The notes below the pieces were generated by a model. That model was not told where the DNA came from. It made no database searches and saw only the letters and a list, made by a program, of their open reading frames with translations. DNA of 33,898 nucleotides from Octopus bimaculoides (taxonomy: Eukaryota), in assembly GCF_001194135.2 (NCBI RefSeq), contig NC_069007.1:22240902-22274799 (forward strand), in the 5' to 3' direction. Both the position numbers and the translations under genes were made by a program. Positions 30,809-33,898 of the stretch are shown one piece after another. The first letter of the stretch is position 1; every line of letters begins with the position of its first letter.

Positions 30809-31244
30809 ACTATATAGAAAATTATAGAATGTCAAAAAAAGTAGTGAAGCAAATAAAAATTGATTAAAAAATAGATTGGAAATGGAAGAGATTGAAAAAC
30901 TGAGGTTGAAAAATAAAGCAAAATGGATTAATCATAAATTAGAAATGACCTGAGGTAAAGCAGAGGAAAATTGATTTTGAATAAAAGGAATTGGTGATCC
31001 TAGAACATTGAACTGTTAAAGAAAATAGTACAAAACAAGTGGGAGCTGGCGTGGATGGGTGTACAGTTATCTGCATATGAGCAGTGACAAGAGTTCTTTA
31101 GAAAGGAATTTACGAATGTTAACAGAGCTGGCTCTAAAGGCTTTATTGTTTTTTATTCAGCCAAAAGGGAAATGATGATGTGATGATATTATTGACTGCG
31201 TAATTAAATTTTATAGTCATAAAGCAACGACACACCACCCATTA

Positions 31245-31770
31245 GATTGTATTTACTTTGGTGTTGTAGCTGAGAGAATTTTATACGAGAATGCTACCAC
31301 CATTGTCCCTGGTGAATTGTTGACTTTCCGACAGAATATACTACGATTCTTTGTTAGTCTTTCAAATCAAATGCTCGTGCGGTCTTCGTCTTGCGATATG
31401 CAGAACAATTTGGGATGACTAGAGTCGTTGGACCCAACCAACGTAAATTATACCACTTATCAAGCGATTCCCAAGTCTTTGTGATGAGAAAGATTTCGAA
31501 GAAATGATTCAGGAACGGTGCCACTTGACGGCTCAACGTTGTTCTTTCATCCCGTATAACGAGCCAGAAAAATTTTATTTTTGCTGTTTCACAAGAGAAA
31601 TGTGGTGATGAGTACCGCTGTCCACTGTTGTGTCAATCTTCTTTCTTTGCCACACTCCTCTGCCATCGTCAGAAAGAATTGTCTCTGTTTTCCACAATAT
31701 CAAAACTAAAAATCGAAATTGCTGGAAAACTTCTACGCTTAATGCTTTTATGAGTTGGAAAACTTTGTTA
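31245..31770 (+). pseudogene. Decayed hAT-superfamily transposase, C-terminal part including the dimerisation region
   Basis: Frameshifted segments: DCIYFGVVAERILYENA..ELLTFRQNILRFFVSLSNQMLVR..LESLDP / IPLIKRFPSLCDEKDFEEMIQE..EPEKF / NLLSLPHSSA / SERIVSVFHNIKTKNRNCWKTSTLNAFM. This fits the hAT LxLPHSSAxxERxFS..N.IKTKxRNxL motif. Stops and frameshifts are present. Confidence 0.8.
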
Positions 31771-32638
31771 GGAAATCCCGGAGTCGGAGTCGGACGAACA
31801 ACTTTGAACAAACATTATTTTTTTAAAAATTGGTACAACAGAGTCTCCTCATGAAGACGATTTTTCTTTTTGATGTCCAAACATTCAACGTTTCAATAAA
31901 TGATTTCTAAATAAATAAAAAATGTATAAAAAGTTCGTTTTGACTGTATTTGGAGGCTTCAGTAAAATTGTGTACGTTTTGCGAAAAACCTTTTGGCAGA
32001 ACAGCTTGGATCAGAACGGAGGGCAAATGGCTAATTCGTGATTGATAAAGCTTTATTGCAGCATTTGTGGGGCGCAAGAATAGCCCTTTCACAAAGCCAA
32101 TCAGTTTTCAATGAAGTCAGTCGATAAATTAGGATACACGGAAGAGCAGAGAGGGGAACGGAGACGGAATGTAGTAGTGTCGATGGACTTTAGTCGACGA
32201 CCATCGGCGATTTGGAGGAATTGGAAAGAAAATGGCGAAGAGGGGAAATTCCAGTTTGGAAAGAAATATTCCGTCAGAAAATCATGGAACCCAAGAAATA
32301 GAATATTTTGAAGTCTTTAACCCTTAAATGAACTTTTCCGTAATATTATTAACGTAACGACATATATTCAAGTATTAACATCATGAGCAAAACGATAAAT
32401 AATACAAAGTCAAATGTTAAACTTAACATAGAAATAATTTAGAAATATGTCAAAAATGAATCTCAAGGAAACCTACCTTTCATTTCAAGTGCAAAGAGTG
32501 GAAAGCAAAACTTTACAATTTACTTACTGAAACAACTCTTTAGGTTTGTAAACATCACTGCAATAAAAATAGAAAGACAATAAGTGTGATAATGCTTTCG
32601 TTTTTCGTAAGTGATGCTCACGGTTGAAACTCTGCTGC

Positions 32639-32997
32639 AAACAATTTTGGTGAATGATGCACGTTTCATAGCGCGTAAGAATACAATAAAAACGAAGTAC
32701 AACAAATGTGATTTGAATTACCTGCATTTTTTTTCTACAATTTAGATGAATAATGCTTTTTTAAAAATCGCCCAGCAATGCAATAAAAACTTCATTGAAT
32801 AAGTTTGATTTGAACTACCTGCATTTTTTCTACAATTTAGATGAATAACGCACATTTTTTTAGCGCGCAGGAATACAATAAAAACGAAGTACATTAAGTG
32901 TGATTTGAACTACCTGCATTTTTTTCTACAAACAATTTTGGTGGATAATTCTTTTTTTTTTAATCGCCCAGGAATGCAATAAAAACGAAACTTTGGA
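32639..32997. repeat. ~96-bp tandem repeat, about 3.7 copies
   Basis: ACCTGCATTTTTT..CTACAA recurs at 32720, 32817 and 32912; CAATAAAAAC occurs once per unit. Confidence 0.85.
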
Positions 32998-33256
32998 GAT
33001 GGTCATCTTTTGCCAATTAAACACACACAGACTACTTATTTGATTTTCTGTTTAGCTTTATTTGTTATTATTATTAGTTTATCTGTCAGAGTTCTTTCGT
33101 CACACATTCTGTGACCTCTTCACTGACTTTCTCTCCCATATGTTCCCTCTTGTCCTGTCTGTTCCATTTTGTCTACCTGTGCATGCATTTAAGTCTGTAT
33201 CTGTGTGTGTGTGTCTATACTTTTATTAAAGCTGATGATGATGAAGATGATGACAT

Positions 33257-33413
33257 TTTTATTAAAGCTGCAAAATTATCACAAAACCTGTTACTCGGAG
33301 TTTCACGTTCCCGTTTGTTGGAGAGTTGTGATGAAAAGTTTTCATCACAATTGTCCAGCGAATGGGAAACTCTGAGTAACAGCATTTGTGATAATTTTGC
33401 AGCTTTAATAAAA
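33257..33413. repeat. 157-bp palindrome (probable Penelope-like pLTR fold-back)
   Basis: Perfect 29-bp terminal arms TTTTATTAAAGCTGCAAAATTATCACAAA / TTTGTGATAATTTTGCAGCTTTAATAAAA. Centre is TTGTGATGAAAA-G-TTTTCATCACAA at 33338. Confidence 0.85.
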
Positions 33414-33503
33414 GCATATTGCTCTACCTTTGGCATTCAAGTACTATTTCCTTCCACCTTAGTTTGTATTTATGCGCTTACATGTATGCATGTATGTATA
33501 TAT

Positions 33504-33543
<40 letters not shown>

Positions 33544-33603
33544 GTATACCTCTATTTTTCTCTCTCTCTCTCTGTCTCACTATATATATATATATATATA
33601 TAT

Positions 33604-33898
33604 ATCATCATCATCATCATCATCGTTTAACGTCCGCTTTCCATGCTAGCATGGGTTGGACGATTTGACTGAGGACTGGTGAAACCGGATGACAACACCA
33701 GGCTCCAGTCTAATTTGGCAGAGTTTCTACAGCTGGATGCCCTTCCTAACGCCAACCACTCAGAGAGTGTAGTGGGTGCTCTTACGTGTCACCCGCACGA
33801 AAACGGCCACGCTCGAAATGGTGTCTTTTATGTGCCACCCGCACAAGCCAGTCCAGGGGCACTGGCAACGATCTCGCTCGAAAATCCTACGGGAGCCA
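33604..33898 (-). mobile_element. SINE family D, young copy
   Basis: 33604-33829 is the reverse complement of 30427-30652 with 4 substitutions counted by eye. Confidence 0.9.

Noticed and set aside
32232-32327. Confident CDS call for the short ATG-initiated ORF
   Set aside because: 31 codons with no homology or strong donor. Reported only as part of a promoter-like finding.

Overview
AT-rich, microsatellite- and SINE-dense animal DNA. The repeat families look like an octopod cephalopod (Octopus-like; an inference from recalled SINE/MITE consensus sequences). There are four N-gaps (2868-3260, 13382-13471, 18940-18949, 30017-30426). Three spliced genes were rebuilt by hand with GT-AG junctions and consistent phases. 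(1) The first two coding exons of TMTC3 on the minus strand; the gene runs off the left edge. (2) A complete 12-coding-exon ZSWIM2 (SWIM-RING-ZZ-RING E3 ligase; 1884 nt CDS, 627 aa; 6816-16365, +), divergent from TMTC3. (3) A complete 9-exon MBIP (1032 nt CDS, 343 aa; 17651-23710, +). The last 10 kb has no supported gene. It holds SINEs, an RTE endonuclease fragment, a decayed hAT transposase, a 39-bp minisatellite with higher-order structure, a ~96-bp tandem repeat and a possible orphan promoter. The most unusual signals are fold-back elements. Two are tRNA-like cassettes with different but pairing anticodon stems, each enclosed by inverted repeats near a gene 5' end. One is an 83-bp palindrome with a TTAGGG loop. 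One is a 157-bp palindrome whose two arms each carry a degenerate minimal-hammerhead-like motif (Penelope-like). None of these was checked against databases.
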